64,000 nucleotides of DNA from Paragordius varius. Its lineage: Eukaryota; Animalia; Nematomorpha. This document shows, piece by piece, positions 1-12,560 of the stretch. The DNA is taken from contig OZ176057.1 of the NCBI GenBank assembly GCA_964247055.1, positions 2,294,001-2,358,000 on the forward strand, read 5' to 3'. Positions within the stretch are counted from its first letter, which is position 1; each line of letters begins with the position of its first letter. Both the position numbers and the translations under genes were made by a program. The notes under the pieces were generated by a model, which was not told the origin of the DNA, did not search any database, and saw only the letters and a program-made list of their open reading frames with translations.

Positions 1-163
1 TTATCTATGAAAGGTCTAAAAATCTGATAAAATTTTGTAAACGAAACAGCTTTGAAGCATTCAGTTAGCGGAAATAAATATATTATAAAAATTTTCTAGT
101 CATTTATGATACCCGTGCTTTTAATACAATTCCAAAATAACACATAGATTTTTATATCCGCAG

Positions 164-1139
164 AAAATATATGGAAAGATATGTATTGATGGACCCCAAA
201 ATATTATTGTTAACATTTCACATACCCCAATTGATAACAAAATACATAGCATGCATGATAACGAACAAGTGATTTCTGGAATCACCACAATTGGTCAACT
301 AAGTAATGTTAGATCTTTGGCTACAAAAAAACAGGTTTCCGACGAAAAGATAAGAAATGTTATTCGCTCCTTAATTATAACAACTGTGTTTCACATTTGT
401 GTGTGGGTCCCTCTATATGCTGTTTTCATGACTGAAGTATCGTTACCAATTCATTTCTTATAAAAACTATAGTTAGATATATCAGTATATTAGAAAATAC
501 TCTACCATTTTAAACGTTGCAGAGATATATTAGATTTAAGCATCTATAATATCCTGCTTTTTATAAAAATATCGAATGACTTCAGCCAAAGGTTTGTAAA
601 TCTAATCCAAAAAATGTTTCTGAAAAATATTTATATTTTATTGTATCTAAAAACGGACAACGTTATAAATGTGATTTAAAATTGGAGTTAGATTGCATTA
701 AAAAGATGGTTTAACTTAACATGCGCTCCTTTATAAAAACGGGATAGGTTTTTGTGGTCCCAAGACTACTTTTTAAAATACATACAATATTATTAATGGT
801 TGATGACCATATAAATATTCAGAAAAAATATGTTTAAAGTCACATGATGGGACGTGACAATAAAAAGTTATAAAAGATAAAAAGACATAATATGAATAAG
901 GTTTAACAGCATATCATATATAAATATATGTAAGATCTCATATATAATTTGCCATATTTTTTATATGATTCATTTAGAAAATCAAGTATACTCGGGGAGC
1001 ATTTCAACGATCAAACATTCTAACCGATCAAATGTTTTTATTCTTTTCCACTATTGCGTTATTATATAACTTTTTTATATATCTTTACTTTGATACAGTA
1101 TTCCGCCGACAATTACTTAATTTAGTGCACTTTGTCTAG
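164..1139 (+). CDS. Class A (rhodopsin-like) GPCR-like gene, last two exons only (5' part is upstream of the window)
   Basis: Exon 164-436 (ccgcag acceptor, GAA|gtatcg donor, phase 0) reads KIY...long polar loop...EKIRNVIRSLIITTVFHICVWVP, fitting TM5 end, ICL3 and TM6 with a CWxP-like motif. Exon 978-1139 (tttag acceptor, phase 0) reads ...QMFLFFSTIALLYNFFIYLYFDTVFRRQLLNLVHFV*, fitting TM7 with an NPxxY-like NFFIY and helix-8 FR. Family assignment is by motif recall. Confidence 0.7.
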
Positions 1140-3783
1140 GTGGTAAATTTTTTATACATTTTTAAAATTATCCTTATTAATGTTGTTGTCTTATTATTTA
1201 TATACTCATGTATTTTTATATGTACATCGAATTATGTTACTATCCTTCCATTTTCAAAATGTGAAAATTATTAATTTTATATGTAACATAAATTTGTTAT
1301 CCGTGTGTCAAAATTCAATAAAGTATTTTATAATGGGTCGGCTGAAAAAAGTTACGAAAGTCGCTTGTTTAAGCTAATAAGGTTACGGTTAGAAATTTTG
1401 TGCAAAATCGTAAATAAATTACATAAATTTATCTTATATTTTTTATGGTTCCACGAAAGATATTATAAATGTATATATTCTGATGAAAAATGTATCATAG
1501 TGCTTTTGGTTTTAAGCCTTATGCACGTTATAAATATAGAATTTTTGTAATAATTGCTCAATATCAGTAAAAATTTGTGCACCTTTTGTTTAATAAGTTT
1601 TGTGATTGGGCGATATAAGTTTTATGTATGTGCTTAAATGTAATAACAAAAAAATGTTTTTTTAAAAATCGATAATTTGTTAAAAAATTATTAGCGAATT
1701 GGAAGGATTTATTTATAAAGCATAAAAAAATCTGAAATTTCCTACATTTCAATGATGCTAACGTATTATTAAAATTAATTTAGAAGACTAACGTATTATT
1801 AAAAAATTTATGCATTTTTTTAAACCTATTCTATGCATATGTTAATTTTATTTATCAATCCTCTACATTTTTGCGTTTATTAAATGAGAACTACCCAATT
1901 TAGAAAGACAAAAAATCTGCGACTTTATAATCCAATCTAGTAAATAAATATATTTTCTTTTTAATATCATATATCATCTATTTTTTTGTCAAGAGCATAT
2001 AACTTTTACAAAAAAAATTTTTTTAAATAATATTCCCTTATTTTGCGATTTTTATATTTAGAAAATCTATCAGAATTCATATAAACTATTGGCTTTGTTA
2101 GAATTTTCTCGATATTAAATCTCAAAATTAACTGACATTTTTAAATCTTAAAAAATATTATTATAATATATGTAGTATATACATATATAGTGTCCACAAA
2201 TAAATATCCTGTTAAATTATATATTCTGATAAAAAATGCAACATAGTTTTTATGGTGCTTTTGGTTTTGGCAATATATAAATGATTGTTTCTTTAAAAGT
2301 TTTAGATTTTAGATGTGTATTACGAAAGTCTTTAATCCGACGGGCAAGTTATCTTTTAATATATGCAAAAGGCTGATAATGAGCTAAAATTTTTATTGGA
2401 GAGATTATGAGACAAAGGAAATATTTTTGAAAAGATGCATATATTATTTAGTTTTTAGTAAAATTTTGTTGAAGTATAATGCTATTTGAAGCATCTAAAT
2501 AGTATGAAAATGATTTTAGATACTATAAAAGCAGATTTTTTTATACGATGATTTTGAACATTTCTATCACCTTAATAATTTGAAGGATACGCTTTCAAAT
2601 TTGGGTGTTTGTAAAAATAATAATTCATATTTAACATAAATTCACTTGGTAATCGGAGTTACTAGTGACTACATACCATATTTCATTATTACTATTAAAA
2701 AGCTGCTGAAAGGGAAGTTTACAATTAATTATGTTTCTGCCTAAATTATATATCAGAGACAAAACATCCATATAAAATTTTGAAAAAAAGTCCATATCGA
2801 CGTCATTTTTATTTACGAACTTTCGGTAAGATAGTATTGTTTAATAACGCTATAATAGAAGTTAATTTTTTATAAAATAACACAACATTGATTCAAACGG
2901 ATTATGTAGGTTTATTTAGAAATAACTTTTATCTTAAGCTAAGGCACGCTTTTGGCTAAATTTTTTCTTTGGGTTTATCCATAAAAATGTAAAATCAGAT
3001 TTTTTTGAATGAGTCTTTTTTATCTTTCGGTTCATCAATGTTGTATGATTACTTACTTTTTCCATCGATATTTATTCCATTTTTTTAAATATTGAATTTA
3101 TACAAGCCTGGGGTCCCAAGTCCCCCCCCCCCCCATTTTGTATCAAAGTACTGAAATGAATGAGTTGTATCCAAGTCCTAAACAAAACTCTGAGATTAAA
3201 AAAATGTTAAACGTCATCATTCAAAAGTTTTATATTAGAAGTTTTTATAACATTTCTATCATGCCTCAAATTAGTATGAAATGCGCTTTAATAAAGTTTT
3301 GCTAAAACAATTAAAGGTTGATTTTTTTTATAAAAATCGGCATCTTTTCCTATTTTAAAAACTCTAGCCAATTTTAGAAGGGCAAAAAATTTTGGAACTT
3401 TGTGCCCTCTATCAAATTAAACCTTTTTAATGCAGTTAATATGATATTATAATATTTGGATCGAGAATTTTGACAAAAAAACTTTATTAAATAAAACATG
3501 TTTAAATTTTACCATCTTATGAAATTACGACAAAAGCCTTAATTTTTTTAAAACTTGTAAGGACCAAATCCAAAAGGATAGATATATATATTGATATATA
3601 TTTCCTCAGGATATTTTCATACCCCCTTTTTTTCACAGTCACTCTTATAAATTTTTTAAGTAAAACAGAAAAAATTAGTTATGCAAGATGACAAATGTAC
3701 AAATTATTAGATTATAAAAACTTAACTTATTTACAATATATGTAACCATTAAAAAATATTTTATATGTGCTATAAAAAAATAA

Positions 3784-3929
3784 AATAAGATATTTATTGG
3801 AATAGCAAATTAAAAAATAGTCTAACATGATGACTTATAACACGGTGACTTTGAAATCTTTTGGAGATTTCGAAACTAGTCACTTTGATAAACTATTTTT
3901 TAATTTGCTATTCCAATAAATATCTTATT
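3784..3929. repeat. Foldback/MITE-like element with perfect 38-bp inverted arms
   Basis: 3784-3821 aataagatatttattggaatagcaaattaaaaaatagt is the exact reverse complement of 3892-3929. The spacer holds nested inverted motifs gtgact/agtcac and gaaatct/agatttc. Confidence 0.8.
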
Positions 3930-4489
3930 ATTTATATATAACCATTTTCATTATTAATATTATTTGGATTATGTTAAAAATTTTTACAAATTTTCAAACT
4001 TATGCAGAATTTTTTAGATATTTTTTTAAAGTGGCTATTATAACAGGAGTAGAATATGTTTAAAAGTTTTTAAGTTTTTGAATATAATTCGAATTTATTC
4101 CCTTTTTGTAATGTAGAAAAATTAAAATTGTGAAAAATATTAATATATTATCTAATACAGGATAAACATTGTTTAAAAATTATTTTAACGAAACAATTTT
4201 TATATTACTTTTTTATAAACTAAGCGGGAGTAAAACCTATTATTGTGATTATTCACGAACATTATTAATGCTTTATATATAATGGAATAACGTTATAATT
4301 GAGCATAACCCAAAAAGACACAACTTTTTCACCTTATCAACCTTATCAAATATATATTTATATATATACCATTTAAAATTCAAATTCACCCTTGAACAAT
4401 TCAAATCATCCTCGAAAAATTCGAATTCACCCAAAATAATTATGTCTTATTAAGGTTAAATATTACTTTTTTGTATATTTGTTTCTGTA

Positions 4490-6344
4490 TTCCATTTTTT
4501 TCTATTTTGAAATTTTTATTGGATTTCTTTTTTGTATTTAATCAAGCTTTTCACCCAAACTTGCCTATACATATTTCTTTTCATTGCTATCCTGCATCAT
4601 TTTTTATAACTCCCATAAAATATTTTTGAGATCAACATCATTAAATTTTTACCTATTTTTTATAGCATAATTCATATATGCTTATTTTTTGCAAAAATTT
4701 ACATAATATTATAAATTCAAAGGATGACATTTAATGCTAATAAACGTAAATTATCCAATAAAAATCGCTCTATAGAAATTAATGGGAAGAAAAATTCTTT
4801 GTCGTTTTTAAAAATGTTAATACCTGCCTTATATGCAGGGACAACATAATTATAAAAAAATATATTGAAAGACATTTTACAATCCATCATTTCATAAATT
4901 ACCAGAAAATCATGAGGAAAGAAACGAAAAAAAATAAAAAATTAAGGAATTATACCAGAAAGAAAATCTATTATTTTTATAGCTTGCTCCCAGGAAAAGC
5001 TGTAACATTAGCTTCGTAGGAAATTTGTTATATTTTAGGAAAAAATATGAAACCGTTTACTGATTCCCAACTAATAAAAGAAAGTGGTAGCACTTTTTTC
5101 AATAATAATGGTATATCTATGATAAAAATTGGTTTCGATCTGCACAGATGGCTGTCCCTCTATGAAACGAAAAATTTATCCCTCTTTTGAAAAACAAATA
5201 TAATTTGAAAAATATTTACTCAACAGCAAAACTTGCTTTCGCGTGTAAAAGATGAATCACTCAATTCAGTAATTAAAACGGTTGTGGATATAGTTAACCA
5301 CATCCGAGAGAATTTAACAGCCGTAAATTCTAAACCTTCTGAAAGATATTCACAGTGAGTTTGATGATATTCTTTTGTACACCGCTGTGAGGCTAAGCCT
5401 TAGCAAAGTATTAAATAGATTTTTTGTTTTAAGACATGAGATTGTATTATTTATAAAAGATAACAGAAAGTTTGACGAGGAAATTAATAGTGACTAATGG
5501 TGGGTTTTATTGCCTACCTTTGCGACATTAGTCTTAATACAAGTTTTCAAGGGAGCAAAATAATAACCCAATTTGCTAATCAAATATTTGATTTTCGAGA
5601 AAAATTAATAATATATAAACAAGAATTTATAAATAAAATACTCACATATTTTCCAACATTTAAAATAGACAATCATTTAGCATTTTTATCTAATGAAATG
5701 ACATTCAGATTTGAAGGACTAAGAAATATTAAAAATTGCTTAAAACTCGTGGAAAATCCATGTATGGATATATCCAATATTAAGCAACTTGAGCATCTCG
5801 GTTTTGATCAGGCGCATATCATTGAAGAATTCGTAGATTTTAAAAGTGATTTCGATTCAGAGGCTATATATAAGGAGAATCGAAGAGAAGAAAGATATGT
5901 ATGGTTTTGGCAAGATGTGCCAAATAAATATGAAAATATAAAAAAATGTGCTCAAGTTATCCTAACTGTTTTTTCTCAAGTTACCCGTGGACAGCATATT
6001 CAAAATAAGGTATCTCAAGAATAGATACAGAAATCGCTTAACCGATAATCATATGGGCGACGTATTAAGATGGGTCTGTCATGAGGAGAAACCAAATTTG
6101 TCGAAAATTATTGGTTAATATCAAAATAAATGTTGTTATTAAAATATTTATTTTAAACTAAATGGTGCAAAACGAGTTTTTACTTGGATTTACATGCGAT
6201 CCGCAAAAAATTAATTCTGCTGATTTAGAGTATAAATATGTGCATATGTCAAATAGCTATGGAATATTTGCCATTATAAGATTCTGGCCCTCGAAAAAAA
6301 TATATTTTATTTGGCCCGTCAAATTTTTTTCGTGAGTACCACTG
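4490..6344 (+). mobile_element. Decayed, internally deleted copy of the Buster/SPIN-type hAT element at 32105-34556
   Basis: Colinear with about 32290-34556, with frameshifts, stops and deletions (the roughly 32880-33200 equivalent is missing). It ends in the same right terminus (gtgagtaccactg, ending 6344). ORF 5497-6024 is its C-terminal remnant. The left TIR was not found. Confidence 0.9.
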
Positions 6345-6634
6345 ATGTAGAGCATGAACTCATCGTAATAAAAATAGTTGCCTAACATCTCACCATCCTG
6401 AATTTCGGATGAAAGATCGTTTTGAATTTAGTCAATTAGTACTACCAAGTTTTAAAATATTATATCAGGATTCAACACAAATGGTTTCGTGGGCCGCTTT
6501 TTCTAAAAATCGACAGGCTGCATTAAAAAATTACGTTTACTCGGCATTTGTAAATCGTTGGAAAATTAAAAAATTTGTATTCACAGCCTACATTTTATGT
6601 CAGAAAGTTAAATTTATATTAAATCAAATTTTAA

Positions 6635-6910
6635 TTATAGATTTTTATGGTTGTCTATATAATTTAAATTAGCCTTGCTGGTTTTAAAATAATGTATTAA
6701 GATATTTTACTTTAGTGCGCAAATACCCATGTAAAGATTAAAAAACCCTGCAATTGTTATTATGTATTAAGATATATAATTTTTACGGTATAATTAGGAA
6801 CTTCGAGCACGGTTACTCCATCTCAGTAATATTTTCATATATAAATTTAAAAATCATAAATTTACCTGGTTGTGCTGGTTGGGATACGGGAAATGGCTTT
6901 GTGGTTGAAT
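6635..6910 (-). CDS. Candidate 3' end of an unidentified gene with mini-introns
   Basis: Phase-compatible minus-strand exons 6910-6866, 6821-6787, 6748-6711 and 6677-6635 (stop TAA), separated by GT-AG introns of 44, 38 and 33 nt. Peptide: STTKPFPVSQPAQPDGVTVLEVPNYTGFFNLYMGICALNKANLNYIDNHKNL*. One acceptor is an atypical GAG and I recognise no homology. Confidence 0.35.
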
Positions 6911-7599
6911 CTAAAAAAATATCCAATAAGGTTAATTCAACATAATATGTATTTTTAGAAAGTAGCCCACCAAAAACAAGTCAATTTATCATACAAATAT
7001 TAAAAATGTAAAACTATAACAAACTCAATCATAGATTAAAAAATTGATTGTTAGCTATTATTTATAGTAACAATACAGGTAAATTTTACTACAATATATA
7101 TGCTATGCTTTATATCTTAAATATGTATTAAAACTATATGACTTTTTTTATAATTGTACGCGATGATATTTCTGGGTAGTTTTCTTTCTTAAAGCTTAAG
7201 TAGTGAATACTACTGTTTTAAAGGTTGTTGGTTAAAATTTATACTCAATTCTTCTCTTTTGTTTTAGATATAGAGACTTAAAATTTTTACGGTTTTAACT
7301 CTTAGCCCAAACTGAGACAGCTCCAAAAGATGATTTAAACAAACAGCTGATATTTTAATTATTAAATATTAAATTTTTTTGCTGGTATATTGTAATTTAA
7401 AATCTCTTTCAAAATGATTATATTTCTAAACCATAATAAACATTTAGCTGCCGGTTGTTTTCACGAATTAAAAAAATTAAAGGAATGGCGAAGAAAAAGT
7501 TCGAGTTTTTTATTTTACATGTTTTTAAAAAATATGTGTATCATGCGCCTAAGTTTAATTTTTAAGCTGAAAAAATTGTGTTTACCAAGCCAATAGATA

Positions 7600-8058
7600 A
7601 ACACCAAATTGCCTAGGAGAAGACCACGCTTGGTGACTATGGGATCAAGGCGGTAGGTATCATGAATTCGTGACACCCTTAATGAATATCCATTCATTAA
7701 TCGAGAACTGATTGGGATGGGCCACAAGACATGGCAAAGTAATTCTGCATAATCTGTTTCACAAAGCCAAAACCATTGACTTGTTGTAATCAATTCGATG
7801 GGAAATTATTTGAAATCCGGGGAAATCTCCTGATCTAAAGGCATCTAACTTACAGCTTATACCAATGCAGCAAACGCTCCCAGAACAGCACTTCAGTAAC
7901 GAAATAACTATCTTGGCGAATAATTTTCTGCCACAACATTCACATATTACCCGTAGGATGGGCGAAATGTGTAAAAGCAGATGAAACATTTTTTGAATAA
8001 ATTGTATTCCTCTCAACAATTCCCCAAAGCCCCTAACTTATGATTACAGTTGTTAGTA
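7600..8058 (+). mobile_element. Mariner (DD34D) transposase relic, C-terminal half, Mos1/mauritiana-like
   Basis: Plus-strand translation with stops: WDQGGRYHEFVTP ... RHGKVILH ... SIRWEII*NPGKSPDLKAS ... MQQTLPEQHFSNE ... DETFFE*. This matches the mariner motifs WDQ.GV.YYELLKP, RH.KVILLHDNA, WEVLPHPPYSPDLAPSD, EQHF and DGQYFE*. Confidence 0.8.
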
Positions 8059-9256
8059 TTAAATGTCACCTTCCTTTTTCGTTTTTTTATAAATGAGTAG
8101 ATATTGGCGTTTTATACCCTAAATATTAACTTGTAAATTAACTATGTTTTAAAAGTTTTGGTTAAAATTACCAAACAATACTGTATTGAATGAAGAGTCT
8201 TATATTTAATTTATACCCTAAATTTCAAATTAGGGCAGTCCAGGACCTAATTGAAACAAATACTTATAAAATCAATAATATCATTAATCTGTTAAATTTG
8301 AATTTATAAGCTTTTTAATATAAAATTTTTTAACAGTTATATACGAATATTTGAATTATGGTATAAATTTAGAAATAATGTAGCAGCGAAAAAGATTTTA
8401 TATTATATATCATGGATAAAAATGCATATGATGTTTGCTTTACCTAAATATTAAAAATTTGGAAAAACTTTGTTAGGCTTATATTTAATGGTATTTTTAA
8501 GTATGGTAAAACAATAAGTTTTTCCACTAATAATTGCATTCATAATATTCAACATCTTTAATATTCTAATGCAATTTTTCTGTTTTGATTTCGTATGTCT
8601 TAAATTTTTTATTGCTATAAACATCAGCCCTTTTGCATTTATTTTTAAATAAATAGCTCATTTTACCGGAGTTCAAATGTTTAAATCCTAACTTAAAATA
8701 TGGGTTGCTTTTTTATTTTAGTTATCCACTACTTTTAACGATATTTTGTGGGGAAAAGCATTTATCTTTCTACGTTTTTTGATGTCGTACATAAGCTAAA
8801 CAGTGCAATTAAAATTTTATTCACTCCCAAAAACATCATGAGAATCAGATAAATTTTTCTTACCGTAAAATATATATTTAATCAGGATATATTTTGTATG
8901 TGAATTGTGTATTATGTCACTTATTCAGATATAAAACTGAGCGTTAATAAATATTTAAAATTTAAAACAAAACTAAAAACTTAGACACTATATTAATTGG
9001 TCAACCAATTCTAGGTATTCTATTACCGATAACATATCTTTGGCATGATAATTTTTTTATTTTACCGAGATTATTGAAATTAATGCTGGAATATGGCAAC
9101 TATTTATAAAACATATAAATATATAAAAAACACTTTATTCCATATATAGATTCTAAATTGAATCAAGAAATTATTTGCTGTTATTAATTTTAGTATTATG
9201 TGCACATATATTTTAGTCAAATTATTAATTTTAATATTTAGCGGGTAGTACATGGC

Positions 9257-12090
9257 TAAAATGACCAGATTTTTTCAAGAAAAAAGCGGGACAAATCTGA
9301 GAAAGGGGGGCATGGGGGTCCAACCAAAAATTTTAATACAAAAAATTATTGTAATATTTATTTATTTTTAACACAAATACATTATATATATTTATAAATA
9401 CTAGCGTAAATCTCGTGCTGCTACGCCGTCCGAGGAAGTCATTCGGACTTCTGGGGGGTGGAAAAATGGCATTTTATGGGGGGAGCGGGTAAAAAGAGGG
9501 ACTAAATTAAAAAAGCGAGACGACCATGTTCGGCGCAAAATAAGTAAACAAAAATCATATTTGAAATTGAATGATCCAACACGTTCACCGCAAAATTGTC
9601 TCAAAGACACGATTTTTGTGGACTTCTGTTTTCAAAAAAAACCCGTTTCCCACACGGGGTGGGCCCTAACTGAGGGACTATTTCAAAAAAAAGATGAAGC
9701 TATTGTCGGGACATTTATTAATGATTATATTTTTTCGATATTTGGTGATTGGGTCTACCGGTTTTCCGGTACCAGATCACAAAGCCAGCATTTTCCATAT
9801 TGATAAATATATAGATTTTATTTTTTGGTATATTTTTTTATTTGAGGGAATTCGTTTTAGCAGATTATCATCCTTTTTTAAAATATAAGTCTTCACAAGT
9901 ATTTGTCAAATTATATTTGACAGATAAATGGCCTAAAGTTTCGACATGTAAATTTGATTTTTCCGATGTTCACACCTGATTTAGTGTGGAAAAAACGCGC
10001 TCAGTAGCAGCGTTGGTTTTAGGTAAAAGTACCAATTCCACAATTTTTAAAATATTGTATGGAACATAGGTTGTTTCAAAATGATGAAATATTTCTAACA
10101 ATTTCTCTACTATATTTGTAGTCCATAATTTAAGTTTGTTATTAATATATTTTTTAACTCTTCAGAAAAAGGATCATTTTTTTGAAAGATTACTTTTTGG
10201 GAATTTTTGGGAGATGCAGATGTAATCAAATGATTTTTGATCATCACACCAATTAAATTTTGTTTTTAATGTTATCCATTGATCATTGGATTGCACCGTC
10301 CAGTCTTCCAAATAACCTTTACAGTTTGTATAAAACATTTTTATATGGTACAGGATATCTTGGCGATTTATTAAGCTATGTTTTTCTAAATTAATTATAA
10401 TATTGCGGATGGTTAATGTTATAAAAAAATTTTCTAACCTTTCTTGACATTGGAATTTTTGGTTACCAACTTCATTGGCTCTTTGATTGCCAAAATTTTG
10501 TCACCTTCTACCAATTCAATAACATTTTGAAAGAGAGAAGCTTGATTATGTAGGAATAACTATATTTTTGAAGAATCACTTTCAAAAAACTTTTCGAAAG
10601 TTGTAGGACATTTGTCCTGTGATAAAAAATAGGATTTTTAAGAATCATACATTTTTAAATTCTTTCAATAGTTGACATAAGAACTAACCACCGAGTTTTA
10701 CAATATCCAAGCATTTTTTGATAATAAACTTCTGCATTTTCACAGAATTCCCTTAAGCGTTTCAACGCGTACCGTGTATATATAAAAATAGGAATGTATT
10801 TTAACAACTACATTTTCCATATCTATGGATATCAAATCAGCAGCTGTATGAATAGATTTGTTTAATATATATGCACCCCAGCGCCAGATTATCTGCTAAT
10901 TTATGAAAAATATTTTTTGTTCCCCTTCTTGCTTTTCTACCGAAGTTGGTATTGGTGTTGTCAGCGCAATATGCGATGATTTTGTTTTTGAAATTATTTT
11001 TTTCTAGAATATTCATTAGTAAAAATTATGTCGGAATTTTCACCGGGTAGAGAAATAAAATCTAAAATTTTAATTTTTACTCTGGCTGGATCAAAATATC
11101 TTATTACAGTGGGAAATAATTTTGTTTCCATGTGATTTGATGCAGCAGAGTATAGCGATATGAAATTAATTTTCGAATCTTTTTGTATTTCAGAAAATTG
11201 TGGCGAAAGGACATTGCATACAATGACTTCAGCCTTTGTGCGGGCACATGTAAATTTTTATTGAATAAGGTACGAATAATCTGTGAGGTACAATCCATAG
11301 ATCCAAAGGAATGATTGTGATTAACCGCGTGAAAAGATAAAACGCCTTCGGCTAGTGCCAAATTCTTTTCTTCCTATCCAAAAGCGGTTTTTCGATAAAA
11401 ATCGCTCATTTTGTAAGATGATGCCGCCACATCTAAACATATTTCATGTTTCTGTGTATCCATATGCTTTGTAATATCATGCTTGCCACCATGTGCTAGG
11501 GTTTACCCCTCGCATATAAAAAATTTAAAAGATGATTCATTCTTTGTTTTTTTGATAAAAGGAAAATCTTTCATTAATTCATTGTTGAATTAATGACCTC
11601 TTTTTGTATTCATATTTTTTTACTAATATTAGTTTAAAAAAATATTACCTTAATTTTATGGAGTAAACGTATATGCTGCCGATTTTTGGTATTAATTTGT
11701 CTATTTGATAAGATTGGCAGGTAATATAACTAAAATATTAGTATAAAAATATATTTTATTACCTTAATTTTATGAAATTATATAAGCCACCGATTTGTGG
11801 TATTAATTAGTCTTTTTGATAATGTTGGCAGTAAGAGTAGGAAGCAAAGTGTATAATCACATGATATAAATATGAAAAAAATAATAAAAAATTGTAATTT
11901 AGAATTGATATAGATTTTAAAGATAACTAATCATAAAAAATTTAAACGAATAAAAAAAATAATTTTTTAATAAAAAATTTAAATGTATTTAAAAATTTAT
12001 TTTTTATATAATCTTGAAAAAGCGGGATATTTCCAAGACGTAGCGGGACGCGGGACAAAGTGTGAAAAAGCGGGACGTCTGGTCACCTTA
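9257..12090 (-). mobile_element. Degenerate hAT element (Tip100-like type), distinct from the Buster family
   Basis: Termini taaaatgaccagat (9257) and tctggtcacctta (ending 12090), with subterminal cgggac repeats. Minus-strand remnants include LAHGGKHDITKHMDTQKH (BED-like zinc finger), AEGVLSFHAVNHNHSFGSMDCTSQII (ORF 11104-11361) and VVVKIHSYFYIYTVRVETLK. Many stops and frameshifts; no clean TSD. Confidence 0.75.
9398..9435 (-). mobile_element. Possible Helitron-like 3' terminus
   Basis: Minus strand reads a GC-rich weak hairpin cggcgtagcagcacg followed by ...cgCTAG|T. A similar end occurs at 59597-59620 (cgcgcgactgggccagCTAG|T). Only the terminus pattern supports this. Confidence 0.3.
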
Positions 12091-12169
12091 GGTACTGCTT
12101 TAAATGTTGACAATAAACAATATCGCTTTAATCTCATGAGGCACATAGCATGATCGTTTTGCCGAAGCG

Positions 12170-12560
12170 ATTTAGCCTTGATGCAGCAATAATGTTTAAT
12201 TCTATTGATCCTATTTCGAAAATTAGTCAGGTGCTTAAATAGGAGCTGGCTAAGGCTCTACATGTTGTAAAATATAAAACACCTAACTTTAAAGCTGATT
12301 TTTTTATATACCACATAAAATTAATGCTTTCAAGCAATTTCTTCGAAAACATATGAGACCACATGAACTATTGTGTTTTTGCTATATAACTGCAGAAAAT
12401 AACTCTTCAAAATACCCTAAAAAAGCCAGAGAAGAACAATAGTTAAGTTTTTTTCGGAGACGTAGAAAGTTTAAGGCTTTCAATAGTAACCCCACCCTAT
12501 TTATAGAGTCGAAAGCCTTTTCCCAAATCGATTATGATTAAATCAATGCCTTTTAATTTT
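12170..12560 (-). mobile_element. Non-LTR retrotransposon reverse transcriptase fragment (degenerate)
   Basis: Minus strand gives IIDL(G)K/AFDSINR...LLKAL at 12480-12540 with one frameshift, matching the RT motif F.DL.KAFDS. FKHL near 12235 resembles F.YLG. Confidence 0.5.

Noticed and set aside
5497-6024. 175-aa ORF as an independent or domesticated gene
   Set aside because: It is a fragment of the decayed hAT copy with no catalytic core and broken upstream frames.
6409-6672. 87-aa plus-strand ORF next to the hAT end
   Set aside because: No recognisable motif, no convincing splice partners, and an AT-driven composition typical of chance ORFs.
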